Positions 18,024 through 31,217 of a DNA stretch of 64,000 bases are shown here, in pieces. Where the stretch lies: the NCBI RefSeq assembly GCF_000006765.1, contig NC_002516.2; one strand, given 5' to 3'. Position 1 is the first letter of the stretch. Every line of letters begins with the position of its first letter. A program made the position numbers and the translations under genes. The notes under the pieces are model-generated. The model was not told the origin of the DNA and ran no database searches. It saw only the letters and a program-made list of their open reading frames with translations. Origin of the DNA: Pseudomonas aeruginosa PAO1. Lineage in GTDB: Bacteria > Pseudomonadota > Gammaproteobacteria > Pseudomonadales > Pseudomonadaceae.

Positions 18024-19202
18024 ATGCCCCGACCACTTTCCCACCGGAACTTGCCCATGACGCCCCAAGGCCACTGTGACAGCCGTTTCGCCCCGCTTGC
18101 CGAGGCCTTCGCCCGGCTTTTCGACAATCCGCAGGAGCGCGGCGCGGCGTTGTGCCTGGAGGTCGGTGGCGAGACGGTGGTCGACCTCTGGGGCGGCGTC
18201 GCGGACAAGGACGGCGAGCAGCCCTGGCAGCGCGACACCATCCTCAATCTGTTCTCCTGCACCAAGACCTTCACCGCCGTTGCCGTGCTGCAACTGGTGG
18301 CCGAGGGCAAGCTCGAACTGGACGCGCCGGTGGCACACTACTGGCCCGAGTTCGCCGCGGCCGGCAAGGCAGCGATCAGCGTGCGCCAGTTGCTCTGCCA
18401 TCGCGCCGGCCTGCCGGCGCTGCGCGAGCAGATGCCGCCCGAGGCACTCTACGACTGGCAGGCGATGACCACGGCACTGGCCGCCGAGGAGCCCTGGTGG
18501 ACGCCTGGCGAAGCGCACGGCTATGCACCGATTACCTATGGCTGGCTGCTCGGCGAGGTGATCCGCCGGGTCGACGGCCGCGAGCCGGGCGAGGCCATCG
18601 TGGCGCGCACCGCGGCACCGCTGGGCCTGGATTTCCATGTCGGCCTGGACGACAGCCAGTTCGGCCGCGTCGCCCACATGGCACGGAGCAAGGGCAGCCT
18701 CGGCGACGCTGCCGCCCAGCGCATGCTGAAGACCATGATGAGCGAGCCATTGGCGCTGACCACCCGTGCCTTCACCAATCCGCCGTCGATCCTCACCAGC
18801 ACCAACAAGCCGGAATGGCGACGCATGCAGCAGCCGGCCGCCAATGGCCATGGCAACGCGCGCGCGCTCGCCGGCTTCTATAGCGGCCTGTTGCAGGGAC
18901 GTTTGCTGGAAGATGAACTGCTGGGCCAGTTGGCCCACGAACACGCGGTAGGCGAGGATCGGACCTTGCTGACCCGGACCCGCTTCGGCCTCGGCACCAT
19001 GCTCGACCAACCGGGCGTGGCCAATGCGACCTACGGACTCGGCCCCAAGGCCTTCGGCCACCCTGGGGCGGGTGGCTCGATCGGCTTCGCCGATCCCGAG
19101 CGCGACCTGGCTTTTTCCTTTGTCAGCAACGCCTTGGGGCCGTATGTGCTGATGGATCCGCGGGCGCAGCAGCTGGCGCGTGTCGCGGGGGAGTGTCTGT
19201 AA
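18024..19202 (+). CDS. Serine hydrolase/esterase, beta-lactamase class C fold (PA1047)
   Basis: SCTK (SxxK), LLCHRAGL, HGY, FGHPGAGGS. Alternative start at 18057. Confidence 0.9.
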   Translation: MPRPLSHRNLPMTPQGHCDSRFAPLAEAFARLFDNPQERGAALCLEVGGETVVDLWGGVADKDGEQPWQRDTILNLFSCTKTFTAVAVLQLVAEGKLELDAPVAHYWPEFAAAGKAAISVRQLLCHRAGLPALREQMPPEALYDWQAMTTALAAEEPWWTPGEAHGYAPITYGWLLGEVIRRVDGREPGEAIVARTAAPLGLDFHVGLDDSQFGRVAHMARSKGSLGDAAAQRMLKTMMSEPLALTTRAFTNPPSILTSTNKPEWRRMQQPAANGHGNARALAGFYSGLLQGRLLEDELLGQLAHEHAVGEDRTLLTRTRFGLGTMLDQPGVANATYGLGPKAFGHPGAGGSIGFADPERDLAFSFVSNALGPYVLMDPRAQQLARVAGECL

Positions 19203-19407
19203 TCCGTTGGTTAACTTTTAACCGCTTGTCGGCTCGACGCTAAATTTCATTGCCAAATAATGGCTTAGCGACACAATCTAAAGCGTCGTATGAGATAGGG
19301 CGTTGCCGGGGCAGTGGATCGACTCCGGCATCGCTGCGATGTGACCGGCGGTTGAGCCGAACGTTCCATCGGGCTCGCCTTCTTTCACTTCCAACGGACC
19401 CCGACGT

Positions 19408-20289
19408 ATGAAACTGCTTAAGACCTCGACGCTTCTTCTCTGCATGACCGCCTCCGGCTGCAGCTATTTCCAGACCCAGGACGCTTCCTCGCAGCCAGCC
19501 AAGGCTCCGGCCGAGCAGGCTTCCAGCCATTCATGGTGGCCGTTCGGCAAGGACGACGGACAGACCGTCGCCAAGCAGGCCACGGAACAGAAGGCCGAAG
19601 CCGAGCATGTCGGCTCCAGCCACTGGTGGTGGCCGTTCGGCAAGGACGAAGGCGGTCGGGACGTAGCCGCCAAGGCTGCGGAGCAGAAGGCCGAGATCGC
19701 CGCGGCGAAGAAAGAAGTCGCCGCCGCAGCCGAGCCGAAGGCCGCCAACCCCTGGTGGTGGCCGTTCGGCGCCAGCTCGGCGAGCAAGGCGTCGGGCAAG
19801 CCGGCACTGGTCCAGCAGAAGGTCACCAAGGAGTGGCTGGATGCCCATGAGAAAGCCCTGCGCGAAGCGATCGCCGGTAGCGAGTTTACCCTCGAACGCC
19901 GCGACAACGCATTGATCGTCATCGCCCCCGCCGACTACTCGTTCAATCCCAAGCGCCACACCATGCTGATGCCGATCACCCTCAACCCGCTGGGCAAGGT
20001 CGCCAAGATGGCCCAGGCCGATCCGCAGAGCGGTATCCTGGTACTCGGCCATACCGACAGCACCGGCAGCAAGGCGGTCAACGACAAGCTGAGCTTCGAG
20101 CGTGCCCAGTCGGTGGCGGCGATCTTCCGCCTCAGCGGCCTGAAAGGCGACCAATTGCGCCTGAAGGGGGTCGGTTCCGACATGCCGCGCGCGGACAACG
20201 CCAGCGCCGCCGGCCGCGCCCAGAACCGTCGCGTCGAAGTGCTCTATACCCAGCGCGCCAGCCTGCTGTCCCTGGCCCAGGGCAACTGA
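19408..20289 (+). CDS. OmpA-family lipoprotein with three WWPFG repeats (PA1048)
   Basis: Lipobox ASGC; [17 protein letters not shown] and NRRVE. Confidence 0.9.
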   Translation: MKLLKTSTLLLCMTASGCSYFQTQDASSQPAKAPAEQASSHSWWPFGKDDGQTVAKQATEQKAEAEHVGSSHWWWPFGKDEGGRDVAAKAAEQKAEIAAAKKEVAAAAEPKAANPWWWPFGASSASKASGKPALVQQKVTKEWLDAHEKALREAIAGSEFTLERRDNALIVIAPADYSFNPKRHTMLMPITLNPLGKVAKMAQADPQSGILVLGHTDSTGSKAVNDKLSFERAQSVAAIFRLSGLKGDQLRLKGVGSDMPRADNASAAGRAQNRRVEVLYTQRASLLSLAQGN

Positions 20290-20387
20290 GCCGAACCGGG
20301 GCAGGGCGCTTGGCGCCATTGTCCCGGATCAAGCGCGAGGCGGAGTCTGCGGTTAAGCTATGGCGCATTTCCCCCTGGAGATGCGCC

Positions 20388-21035
20388 ATGACCCAGTCCC
20401 TGGCCGATATGCGCCGCGAGTACACCCGCGATGGCCTCAGCGAGGCCAACGCCCCTAGCGATCCCTTCAGCCTGTTCCGCCAGTGGTTCGACGACGCGGT
20501 GAAGACCGAGCGCCTGCCGGTCGAACCCAACGCCATGACCCTGGCCACCGTCGACGCCGACGGCTATCCGCATTGCCGTATCCTCCTGCTCAAGGGCCTC
20601 GACGAGCGCGGCTTCACCTTCTTCACCAACTACGAAAGCGCCAAGGGCCGGCAACTGGCGGCCAATCCGCGGGCGGCCATGACCTTCTTCTGGCCGGCGC
20701 TGGAGCGCCAGGTGCGCATCGAAGGCAGCGTCGAGAAGGTCACTCCCGAGGAATCCGACGCCTACTACCAGGTGCGTCCGCTGGGCAGTCGCCTGGGCGC
20801 CTGGGCCTCGCCGCAGAGCCGGGTCATCGCCGATCGCGCCGAGCTGGAACGGCTGCTCGCGGACACCGAGCGGCGTTTCGCCGACCAGCCGCCGAGCTGT
20901 CCCGAGCACTGGGGCGGCTACCGTCTCCTGCCGCAGCGCATCGAGTTCTGGCAGGGGCGGCCGAGCCGCCTGCACGACCGTCTCGACTATCGACGCCAGG
21001 ACGGCGGCTGGCTGCGCGAACGCCTGGCGCCCTGA
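20388..21035 (+). CDS. pdxH: Pyridoxine/pyridoxamine 5'-phosphate oxidase, 215 aa
   Basis: [23 protein letters not shown] and [13 protein letters not shown]. Confidence 0.96.
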   Translation: MTQSLADMRREYTRDGLSEANAPSDPFSLFRQWFDDAVKTERLPVEPNAMTLATVDADGYPHCRILLLKGLDERGFTFFTNYESAKGRQLAANPRAAMTFFWPALERQVRIEGSVEKVTPEESDAYYQVRPLGSRLGAWASPQSRVIADRAELERLLADTERRFADQPPSCPEHWGGYRLLPQRIEFWQGRPSRLHDRLDYRRQDGGWLRERLAP

Positions 21036-21042
21036 ATCCTCC

Positions 21043-22155
21043 ATGTTCGAACTGGATTCGACGCTGGCGCAGCACATCGTCGATCGGGCGATGGCGATCC
21101 TGCCGCACAACATCAATGTGATGGATGCCCAGGGCATGATCATCGGCAGCGGCGATCCATCGCGCCTGCATACCCGCCACGAAGGGGCGCAACTGGTGCT
21201 GGCCAACCGGCGGGTGGTGGAAATCGACGAGCAGGCCGCCGCCTGCCTGCGCGGGGTGCGGCCAGGGGTGAACCTGCCGTTGCTGCACGCCGAGCGGCTG
21301 GTCGGCGTGCTCGGCATCACCGGCGCGCCGGAGGTGGTCCGGCCCTATGCCGAGCTGGTGCGGATGGCAGCGGAAATGCTCATGGAACAGCGCCAGATGC
21401 AGGACGAGCGACACTGGCAACGCCAGCGTCACGAAGCCTGGCTGCGCCAGTTGCTCGATCCCGGCCACGGCCTCGGGGCGCTGGCGGCCGATGCCGAACA
21501 CCTGGGGCTGGCCATGCACTGGCCGCGCCAGGCGGTCTTCCTGGAACTGCCCGAGCATGCCGATCCGCTGCCTTGCCAGGCTCGCCTGCTGGCGGCACTC
21601 GGCGGCCGGGCGGAGCACTGGAGCGCGGCGCTGGGCGAGCGCCTGGTGTTCTGGTGCCGGCCGGTAGCCCACGCAGATACGCTCGAGCACTGGCTGGAGC
21701 GCGCCGACGCGCGCGGCTGGGGCGTGGCGCGCCTGTGTGCCGGCGACCCGGCGCACGACCTGGCCGAGCTGCGCGCCTCGGCCTGCGCCGCACGCGACCT
21801 GCTGGACTATGCGCGCAGCCGGTTGCCCGGTCGGCGGGTCGTGACCCTGGACGGACACCGCCTCGCCAGCCTGCTGTTCAGCCAGCGCGACAGTTGGCAG
21901 GTGCGGCAGCTGCTGGCGCCCTTGCAGCGGTTGCTCGACCACGATCCGCAAGGTTCGCTGGCCGCTACCCTGGAGTCCTGGTGCGCCCATGACGGGCACG
22001 CCCAGGCCTGTGCCCAGGCGCTGGGGATCCATCGCAACAGCCTGCGCTACCGACTGGAGCGCATCGCTTCGATCAGCGGGCTCGATCTCGCTCGCCTGGA
22101 GCACCGCCAGCAATTGTTGCTGGGGCTGCAATTGCTCGTTCCGCGCCGCGGGTAA
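21043..22155 (+). CDS. CdaR-family sugar diacid regulator (PA1050)
   Basis: NINVMDAQGMIIGSGDPSR..HEGA; C-terminal HTH LGIHRNSLRYRL. Confidence 0.92.
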   Translation: MFELDSTLAQHIVDRAMAILPHNINVMDAQGMIIGSGDPSRLHTRHEGAQLVLANRRVVEIDEQAAACLRGVRPGVNLPLLHAERLVGVLGITGAPEVVRPYAELVRMAAEMLMEQRQMQDERHWQRQRHEAWLRQLLDPGHGLGALAADAEHLGLAMHWPRQAVFLELPEHADPLPCQARLLAALGGRAEHWSAALGERLVFWCRPVAHADTLEHWLERADARGWGVARLCAGDPAHDLAELRASACAARDLLDYARSRLPGRRVVTLDGHRLASLLFSQRDSWQVRQLLAPLQRLLDHDPQGSLAATLESWCAHDGHAQACAQALGIHRNSLRYRLERIASISGLDLARLEHRQQLLLGLQLLVPRRG

Positions 22156-22175
22156 CGGGCGATCAATCGATTCAC

Positions 22176-22233
22176 TGTGCAGTCGCACAAAATGTTCCCC
22201 TTCCAGCGCCGTCTTCCTCTGGCCGTTGCACAA
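22176..22233. promoter_or_regulatory. Candidate CdaR operator half-sites
   Basis: TGTGC-AGTC-GCACA (22176-89) and TTGCACAA (22226-33), upstream of the permease. Confidence 0.45.
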
Positions 22234-22313
22234 GGCGTGTCCGGTCCCGACGGAGCGAAAATGACCCGCCCCTGGGCGCCCATCCCACACCCATAACAAC
22301 AAGGAGGCGGCTC

Positions 22314-23672
22314 ATGACCCTGGTCCTGATCCTGCTGGCGTTGATCGCCTTTATCGTCCTGTCCACCACGCGACTCAAGCTGCACCCGTTCCTCGCCCTG
22401 CTGGCGGCCGCGCTGATCGCCGGCTTCGCCTACCAGGTACCCACGGCGGAAATCGTCAAGACCGTTACCGGCGGCTTCGGCAGCATCCTCGGCTACATCG
22501 GCATCGTCATCGTGCTCGGCACCATCATCGGGGTGATCCTCGAGCGCAGCGGTGCGGCGATCACCATGGCGGAAAGCGTGATCCGCCTGCTCGGCGAACG
22601 CTTCCCGACCCTGACCATGTCGATCATCGGCTACCTGGTGTCGATCCCGGTGTTCTGCGATTCCGGCTTCGTCATCCTCAACTCGCTGAAGAACGCCCTG
22701 GCGGCGCGGATGAAGATATCCACCATCGCCATGAGCGTGGCCCTGGCCACCGGTCTCTACGCCACCCACACCTTCGTGCCGCCGACCCCGGGACCGATCG
22801 CCGCGGCCGGCAACCTCGGCCTGGACGCCAGCCTTGGCCTGGTGATCGTGGTCGGCCTGGTGGTCGCCTTCGTCACCGCGATGGCCGGCATGTGGTGGGC
22901 CAATCGCTTCGTCGGCAAGGACATTCCCCTGGTCGACGACGGCCAGGTCGTCCAGACCGAAGAGGACTTCAGCGAGCTGCGTGCCCGCTACGGCAAGCTG
23001 CCCAGCGCGACCCAGGCGTTCGCGCCGATCTTCGTACCGATCCTGTTGATCTGCCTTGGCTCGGTCGCGGTATTCCCGAGCAAGCCGCTGGGCGAGGGCG
23101 TACTGTTCGCCTGCCTGAACTTCCTCGGTCAACCGGTGATCGCCCTGCTGGTCGGCCTGGCGCTGGCCTGCACCCTGCTCAAGGGCCAGAGCAAGCGCGA
23201 GGAATTCCATGAGCGCGTGGTGGAAGGCATCCAGTCGGCCGCGCCGATCCTGCTGATCACCGGCGCCGGCGGCGCCTTCGGTGCGATGCTGAAGATCACT
23301 CCGCTCGGCGACTACCTGGGCAGCACCCTGTCAGCGTTGGGCATCGGCCTGTTCATGCCGTTCGTGGTGGCGGCCGCGCTGAAGACCGCACAGGGCTCGA
23401 CCACCGTGGCGCTGGTCACCACCTCGGCGCTGGTCGCTCCGCTGCTGCCGCAGCTCGGCCTGGACAGCGAGATGGGCCGGGTGCTGACGGTCATGGCGAT
23501 CGGTGCCGGAGCGATGACGGTGTCCCACGCCAATGACAGCTTCTTCTGGGTGGTCACACAGTTCAGCCGCATGACCGTATCCACTGCCTATCGCGCCCAG
23601 ACCCTGGCGACCCTGGTCCAGGGTATCGCCGGTATGCTCGCGGTATGGCTGCTCAGCCTTGTGCTGCTCTGA
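22314..23672 (+). CDS. GntP-family (glycerate/gluconate) permease (PA1051)
   Basis: KLHPFLALL, FVPPTPGP, ALKTAQGSTTVA and SHANDSFFWVV. Confidence 0.92.
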   Translation: MTLVLILLALIAFIVLSTTRLKLHPFLALLAAALIAGFAYQVPTAEIVKTVTGGFGSILGYIGIVIVLGTIIGVILERSGAAITMAESVIRLLGERFPTLTMSIIGYLVSIPVFCDSGFVILNSLKNALAARMKISTIAMSVALATGLYATHTFVPPTPGPIAAAGNLGLDASLGLVIVVGLVVAFVTAMAGMWWANRFVGKDIPLVDDGQVVQTEEDFSELRARYGKLPSATQAFAPIFVPILLICLGSVAVFPSKPLGEGVLFACLNFLGQPVIALLVGLALACTLLKGQSKREEFHERVVEGIQSAAPILLITGAGGAFGAMLKITPLGDYLGSTLSALGIGLFMPFVVAAALKTAQGSTTVALVTTSALVAPLLPQLGLDSEMGRVLTVMAIGAGAMTVSHANDSFFWVVTQFSRMTVSTAYRAQTLATLVQGIAGMLAVWLLSLVLL

Positions 23673-23713
23673 TTGAAGCGGGGCCGGGGACTCCCGGCCC
23701 TGCGAGGTGACTG

Positions 23714-24859
23714 ATGAAAATCGTGATTGCTCCTGATTCGTTCAAGGAAAGCCTGTCCGCGCCCGACGTCGCCGAGGCTATCGCCCGCGGCTGGCGGCGA
23801 GTCTTCCCGCAGGCCGAGGTGTTGCTGCGGCCACTGGCGGACGGCGGCGAAGGCACGGTCGATGCGGTACTCGCCGCCACCGCCGGCGAACGTCGCGAAT
23901 GCCGTGTCGAAGGCCCGCTCGGTGAGCCGACCCTGGCGCACTGGGGCTGGCTGGACGACGCCACCGCAGTGATCGAAATGGCTTCCGCCAGCGGCTTGCA
24001 CCTGGTCCCGCGCGACCGCCGCGACGCCACGCGCAGCAGCAGCCGTGGCACTGGCGAGCTGATCCGTGCGGCGCTGGACGCCGGGGCGCGGAAGATTATC
24101 CTCGGCCTCGGCGGCAGCGCTACCAACGATGCCGGCGCCGGCCTGCTGGGCGCGCTCGGCGTGCGTTTCCTGGCTGCCGACGGCGAGGAACTGGCGCCCG
24201 GCGGCGCCGCGCTGGCTGGCCTGCACAGTCTCGACCTGGGCGGGCTGGATCCGCGCCTGGTGGATGTCGCGGTGGAAGTCGCCGCAGACGTCGACAACCC
24301 GCTATGCGGGCCGCGCGGCGCGTCGGCGGTGTTCGGTCCGCAGAAGGGCGCCAGCGCCGAACAGGTGGCGCAACTGGATGCCGCCCTGGCGCACTTCGCC
24401 AAGGTGGTCGCGGCGACCCTTGGCGAGGACTTCAGCCGGGTGCCGGGCGTCGGCGCCGCCGGCGGCCTGGGTTTCGCCGCGAGGGCATTCCTCCGCGCGC
24501 GTTTCCGCCCAGGCATCGAACTGGTGGCGGAGCTGGCCGGGCTGGCCGATGCGCTGGTCGGTGCCGACCTGGTGCTGACCGGCGAGGGCCGTCTGGATGC
24601 GCAGAGCCTGCACGGCAAGACCCCGGTGGGCGTGGCGCGGATCGCGCGCCAGGCCGGCGTTCCCGTGGTAGCCCTGGCCGGCAGCCTGGGCGACGGCTAC
24701 CAGCGCCTGCACGACGCCGGCATCGATGCGGCGTTCAGCCTGGCGCCGGGACCGATCAGCCTGGAGCAGGCCTGTGCCGGAGCGGCGGCGGAACTGGAGG
24801 CGCGCGCCGAGCAGATCGCCCGGCTCTGGCGCCTGGCTCAGGCTTCGCGGGAAGGGTAG
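23714..24859 (+). CDS. Glycerate kinase, GlxK/GarK family (PA1052)
   Basis: IAPDSFKESL, PLADGGEGT, GLGGSATND, GAAGGLG and TGEGRLD. Confidence 0.95.
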   Translation: MKIVIAPDSFKESLSAPDVAEAIARGWRRVFPQAEVLLRPLADGGEGTVDAVLAATAGERRECRVEGPLGEPTLAHWGWLDDATAVIEMASASGLHLVPRDRRDATRSSSRGTGELIRAALDAGARKIILGLGGSATNDAGAGLLGALGVRFLAADGEELAPGGAALAGLHSLDLGGLDPRLVDVAVEVAADVDNPLCGPRGASAVFGPQKGASAEQVAQLDAALAHFAKVVAATLGEDFSRVPGVGAAGGLGFAARAFLRARFRPGIELVAELAGLADALVGADLVLTGEGRLDAQSLHGKTPVGVARIARQAGVPVVALAGSLGDGYQRLHDAGIDAAFSLAPGPISLEQACAGAAAELEARAEQIARLWRLAQASREG

Positions 24860-25080
24860 TCGGCGGCGGCGCGCTCCAGCCAGGCCGGCAGGTCGCGCCG
24901 CTTCACCTTGCTGGCCTTGGCCTCGGCCAGTCGCTGTAACAGATAGTCACGCTTTTGCGGGTCGTCGCCGGCGAATGACAGCGCCAGGTCGCGGTCCATC
25001 CAGCGGCGGATGCGCCAGTAGATCCACCAGTGGAAATACAGGCCGGCGGCGGTGGTGACGACGATGATGAAATAGTCCAT
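24838..25080 (-). CDS. Small single-TM hypothetical protein, 80 aa
   Basis: AGGA RBS, ATG, hydrophobic N-terminus and charged tail. 3' end overlaps the glycerate kinase gene by 22 nt. Confidence 0.7.
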   Translation of the reverse strand: MDYFIIVVTTAAGLYFHWWIYWRIRRWMDRDLALSFAGDDPQKRDYLLQRLAEAKASKVKRRDLPAWLERAAADYPSREA

Positions 25081-25267
25081 GGCTGTTCCTTCTGCGGGCG
25101 CTCACCCTAGCCGATCGGTCCCGCCGATGAAAGCGGGAGGGTTCGGTCGAAACTGAACGAACCTGTACCATTGCTGAATCGATTCGATTATCTCGCGCCG
25201 GCCAGGTGACAGGAGCGGCTGCGGGAGAGTCTAATATTCGTCAGTTATCCCTTTCGGAGATGCCGTT

Positions 25268-25732
25268 ATGCGCAAGTCTGCCTTGATCGTTGCTTCCTTC
25301 ACCGCCATGGCCCTGGCTCTTGGCGGCTGCCAATCCAGCCTCACCGGCGATACCTACAGCCGTGAGGAAGCCCGTACCGTGCAGACTGTACGCATGGGCA
25401 CCATCCAGGCCTTGCGCCCGGTCAAGATCGAAGGCACCAAGACCCCGATCGGTTCCATCGCCGGTGCCGGCGTCGGCGGTGTCGCCGGCAGCGCGGTGGG
25501 CGGCGGCAAGGGCAGCTACGTCGCGGCCATCATCGGCGCGGTCGCTGGCGGCCTGCTGGGCGCGGCTACCGAAGAAGGCCTGACGCGCACCCAGGGCGTC
25601 GAGATCACCGTGCGCGAAGACGACGGCAGCACCCGCGCCTATGTCCAGCAGGTCGACCAGGGCCAGATCTTCCGCGTCGGCGAGCGCGTGCGCATCCTGA
25701 CCGTCAACGGCACCAGCCGCGTCGCCCACTGA
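25268..25732 (+). CDS. slyB: Outer-membrane lipoprotein SlyB (PA1053)
   Basis: Lipobox LGGC; glycine zipper 2TM; GVEITVREDDG. Confidence 0.92.
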   Translation: MRKSALIVASFTAMALALGGCQSSLTGDTYSREEARTVQTVRMGTIQALRPVKIEGTKTPIGSIAGAGVGGVAGSAVGGGKGSYVAAIIGAVAGGLLGAATEEGLTRTQGVEITVREDDGSTRAYVQQVDQGQIFRVGERVRILTVNGTSRVAH

Positions 25733-25751
25733 TTCTTCCCACGTTATCCCG

Positions 25752-25777
25752 CGGCCGGCATTTCGCCGGCCGTTTTC
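25752..25777 (+). terminator. Intrinsic terminator after slyB
   Basis: CGGCCGGC-ATTTC-GCCGGCCG-TTTT. Confidence 0.7.
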
Positions 25778-26060
25778 GTTGTAGCGCCGAACCACTGCCG
25801 GCGTTGTCTTGCTAAGCTTCAAGTCGTTGCCGTTGCAGAGTTTTTTTCGGCTTTCCGGCAGTCGGAACGCCTGAATTTTGTAATAATTCAATCCATGACG
25901 TTCGTTCGATAGATTGCGATAATCGTAGTTCCGTCGCGCCGCGCCTGCCGGTGGCCGATGGGGCTTCGAGCTGCTGGCGATCCGGCCGCGCACCGACAAC
26001 CGCGGGGAAGCACCGCCGGCCAGGCATGCCGGGGGCTCCGCCATCGAAGAGGAGTAGCCC

Positions 26061-28861
<2,801 letters not shown>

Positions 28862-28862
<1 letters not shown>

Positions 28863-29200
28863 TGGAAGCCCTGTTCGCCATCACCCTCGGCCTGCTCACC
28901 GCCAGCGGCGTCTACCTGCTGCTGCGGGCGAGGACTTTCCCGGTGGTGCTCGGTCTCACGCTGATCTCCTACGCGGTCAACCTGTTCCTGTTCGCCATGG
29001 GCCGACTCGGCGGCAGCGTCGCGGTGATCGGCACTCCCGGGGAGTATGGTGATCCGTTGCCGCAGGCGCTGGTGCTGACCGCCATCGTCATCGGCTTCGC
29101 CATGACCGCCTTTGTCGTTGTCCTGGCCCTGCGTGGCCTCGGTGACCTCGGCAGCGACCACGTAGATGGACGCCCGGACGAGGAGGAGCCGCGCCCATGA
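28862..29200 (+). CDS. shaB: Mrp subunit C
   Basis: DPLPQALVLTAIVIGF; TGATG coupling to shaA. Confidence 0.93.
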
Positions 29201-30696
29201 GCCATTGGCTGATCCTGCCGATCCTGCTCCCCCTGTTTGCCGGCAGCCTGCTGCTGTTGCCGCTGGCCGAGCGCTGGCAGCGCGGCCTGTCGTTGCTCGC
29301 GGCGCTGGCACTGATCCCCCTGAGCCTACTGCTGATACGTACGGCCGCCAGCGGCGACCTGAGCGTCTATGCCCTGGGCAACTGGGCCGCGCCGTTCGGC
29401 ATCGTGCTCATGCTCGATCGTCTCGCCGCCCTGATGCTGCTGGCCACCGCGGTGCTCGGCAGCGCCGCGCTGATCTACGCGCTGCGTGGCGAGGACCGCC
29501 TGGGCAAGCATTTCCACGCGTTGTTCCAGTTCCAGCTGCTCGGTATCAACGGCGCCTTCCTGACCGGCGACCTGTTCAACCTGTTCGTGTTCTTCGAGAT
29601 ACTCCTGATCGCCTCCTACGCGTTGCTCCTGCATGGCGGCGGCGCGGAGCGGGTGCGCTCGGGCTTGCACTACGTGATCCTAAACCTGGTCGGCTCGGCG
29701 TTCTTCCTGATCGCCGTGGGTACCCTGTATGGCCTCACCGGCACCCTGAACATGGCCGACATGGCGCAGAAGATCGCCATGGCAGATGCCGAGCGCGCGC
29801 CGCTGCTGGCGGCAGCCGGGCTCCTGCTGCTGGTGGTGTTCGCCCTGAAGGCGGCGCTGTTGCCGCTGTACTTCTGGCTGCCGCGCGCCTATGCCACGGC
29901 CAGCGCGCCGGTGGCGGCGCTGTTCGCGATCATGACCAAGGTCGGCATCTACTCGATCCTGCGGGTCTACACGCTGGTCTTCGGCGATGCCGCCGGCGAG
30001 CTGGCCAACCTGGCGCAGGCCTGGCTCTGGCCGCTGGCCCTGGCGACCCTCGGCCTGGGCGCGATCGGTGCCTTGGCGGCGCGGACCCTGCAAGGCCTGC
30101 TGGCCTACCTGGTGGTGGTCTCCGCCGGAACCCTCCTGGCTGGCGTGGCGTTGGGCAGCGAGCGGGCGCTGGCGGCGTCGCTGTACTACCTGCTGCACAG
30201 TACCTGGATCGCCGGTGGCCTGTTCCTGCTCGCCGACCTGGTCGCCCGCCAGCGCGGCGACAAGGCCGGCGACCTGGTCCAGGGCCCGGCGTTGCAGAAT
30301 CCTCGGTTGCTCGGCGGGGCTTTCTTCATCGGCGCCATCGCCGTTGCCGGTCTGCCGCCATTGTCGGGGTTCTTCGGCAAGGTCATGCTTTTGCAGTCGG
30401 TCGCTCCCGGCAGCCAGGCGCTGGCCCTGTGGAGCGTGGTACTGGGCAGCGGCCTGGTGGCGCTGGTGGCGTTGAGCCGGGCCGGCAGCACGCTGTTCTG
30501 GCGCACCGGGCATACCGTGCTCGGTAGCGCCGAACTGGACCACGGCCGCTTGTTCGCCTGCATCCTGTTGCTCTCCGCCGGCCCGTTGCTGGTGTTCGCC
30601 GCGAAGCCGCTGCTGGCCTACGTCCAGGCCACCGCGGCGCAGTTGCACGACCTCGACCTGTATCGCCAGATCATCACCCGCGGAGGTGCCGCATGA
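29197..30696 (+). CDS. shaC: Mrp subunit D
   Basis: DLFNLFVFFEILL, FWLPRAY and MTKVGIY. Confidence 0.93.
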   Translation: MSHWLILPILLPLFAGSLLLLPLAERWQRGLSLLAALALIPLSLLLIRTAASGDLSVYALGNWAAPFGIVLMLDRLAALMLLATAVLGSAALIYALRGEDRLGKHFHALFQFQLLGINGAFLTGDLFNLFVFFEILLIASYALLLHGGGAERVRSGLHYVILNLVGSAFFLIAVGTLYGLTGTLNMADMAQKIAMADAERAPLLAAAGLLLLVVFALKAALLPLYFWLPRAYATASAPVAALFAIMTKVGIYSILRVYTLVFGDAAGELANLAQAWLWPLALATLGLGAIGALAARTLQGLLAYLVVVSAGTLLAGVALGSERALAASLYYLLHSTWIAGGLFLLADLVARQRGDKAGDLVQGPALQNPRLLGGAFFIGAIAVAGLPPLSGFFGKVMLLQSVAPGSQALALWSVVLGSGLVALVALSRAGSTLFWRTGHTVLGSAELDHGRLFACILLLSAGPLLVFAAKPLLAYVQATAAQLHDLDLYRQIITRGGAA

Positions 30697-31217
30697 TCAG
30701 CCGTTCGTTGCCGCGTCCGCTTCTTCGCGTACTGCCTCATCCCGTGCTTAGTGTCCTGCTGTTGCTGGTCTGGTTGCTGCTGGTGGATTCCTTCGCCATC
30801 GGCCACTGGCTGCTCGGCGCCTTCCTCGGCGTGTGCATTCCGCTGCTGACCAACCGCCTGCTGGTCGGGCGCAGCCAGGAGTGGCATCCGTTGCTGCTGC
30901 TGAAGCTGCTGGTGCTGGTGATGTGGGACATCCTCGTCGCCAACATCCAGGTCGCCCGCCTGACCCTCGGACCGATCGAGCGCTTGCGTCCGGCCTTCGT
31001 CGAGGTGCCGATCGAGCTGGAGAACGACCTCGCCATCAGCGTGCTGGTGAGCATCGTCTCGCTGACCCCGGGGTCGGTGTCGTCGGACCTCAGCGACGAC
31101 CGCAAGACCTTGCTGGTGCACGGCCTCGACGTGCCGGACAAGGCGGCGCTGATCGCCGAGATCAAGCAACGCTACGAAGCGCCGCTGAAGGAGATCTTCC
31201 CATGCTCGCTTACGTGA
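30693..31217 (+). CDS. shaD: Mrp subunit E
   Basis: SLTPGS..LLVHGLD; ATGA overlap with shaC. Confidence 0.9.
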   Translation: MISRSLPRPLLRVLPHPVLSVLLLLVWLLLVDSFAIGHWLLGAFLGVCIPLLTNRLLVGRSQEWHPLLLLKLLVLVMWDILVANIQVARLTLGPIERLRPAFVEVPIELENDLAISVLVSIVSLTPGSVSSDLSDDRKTLLVHGLDVPDKAALIAEIKQRYEAPLKEIFPCSLT

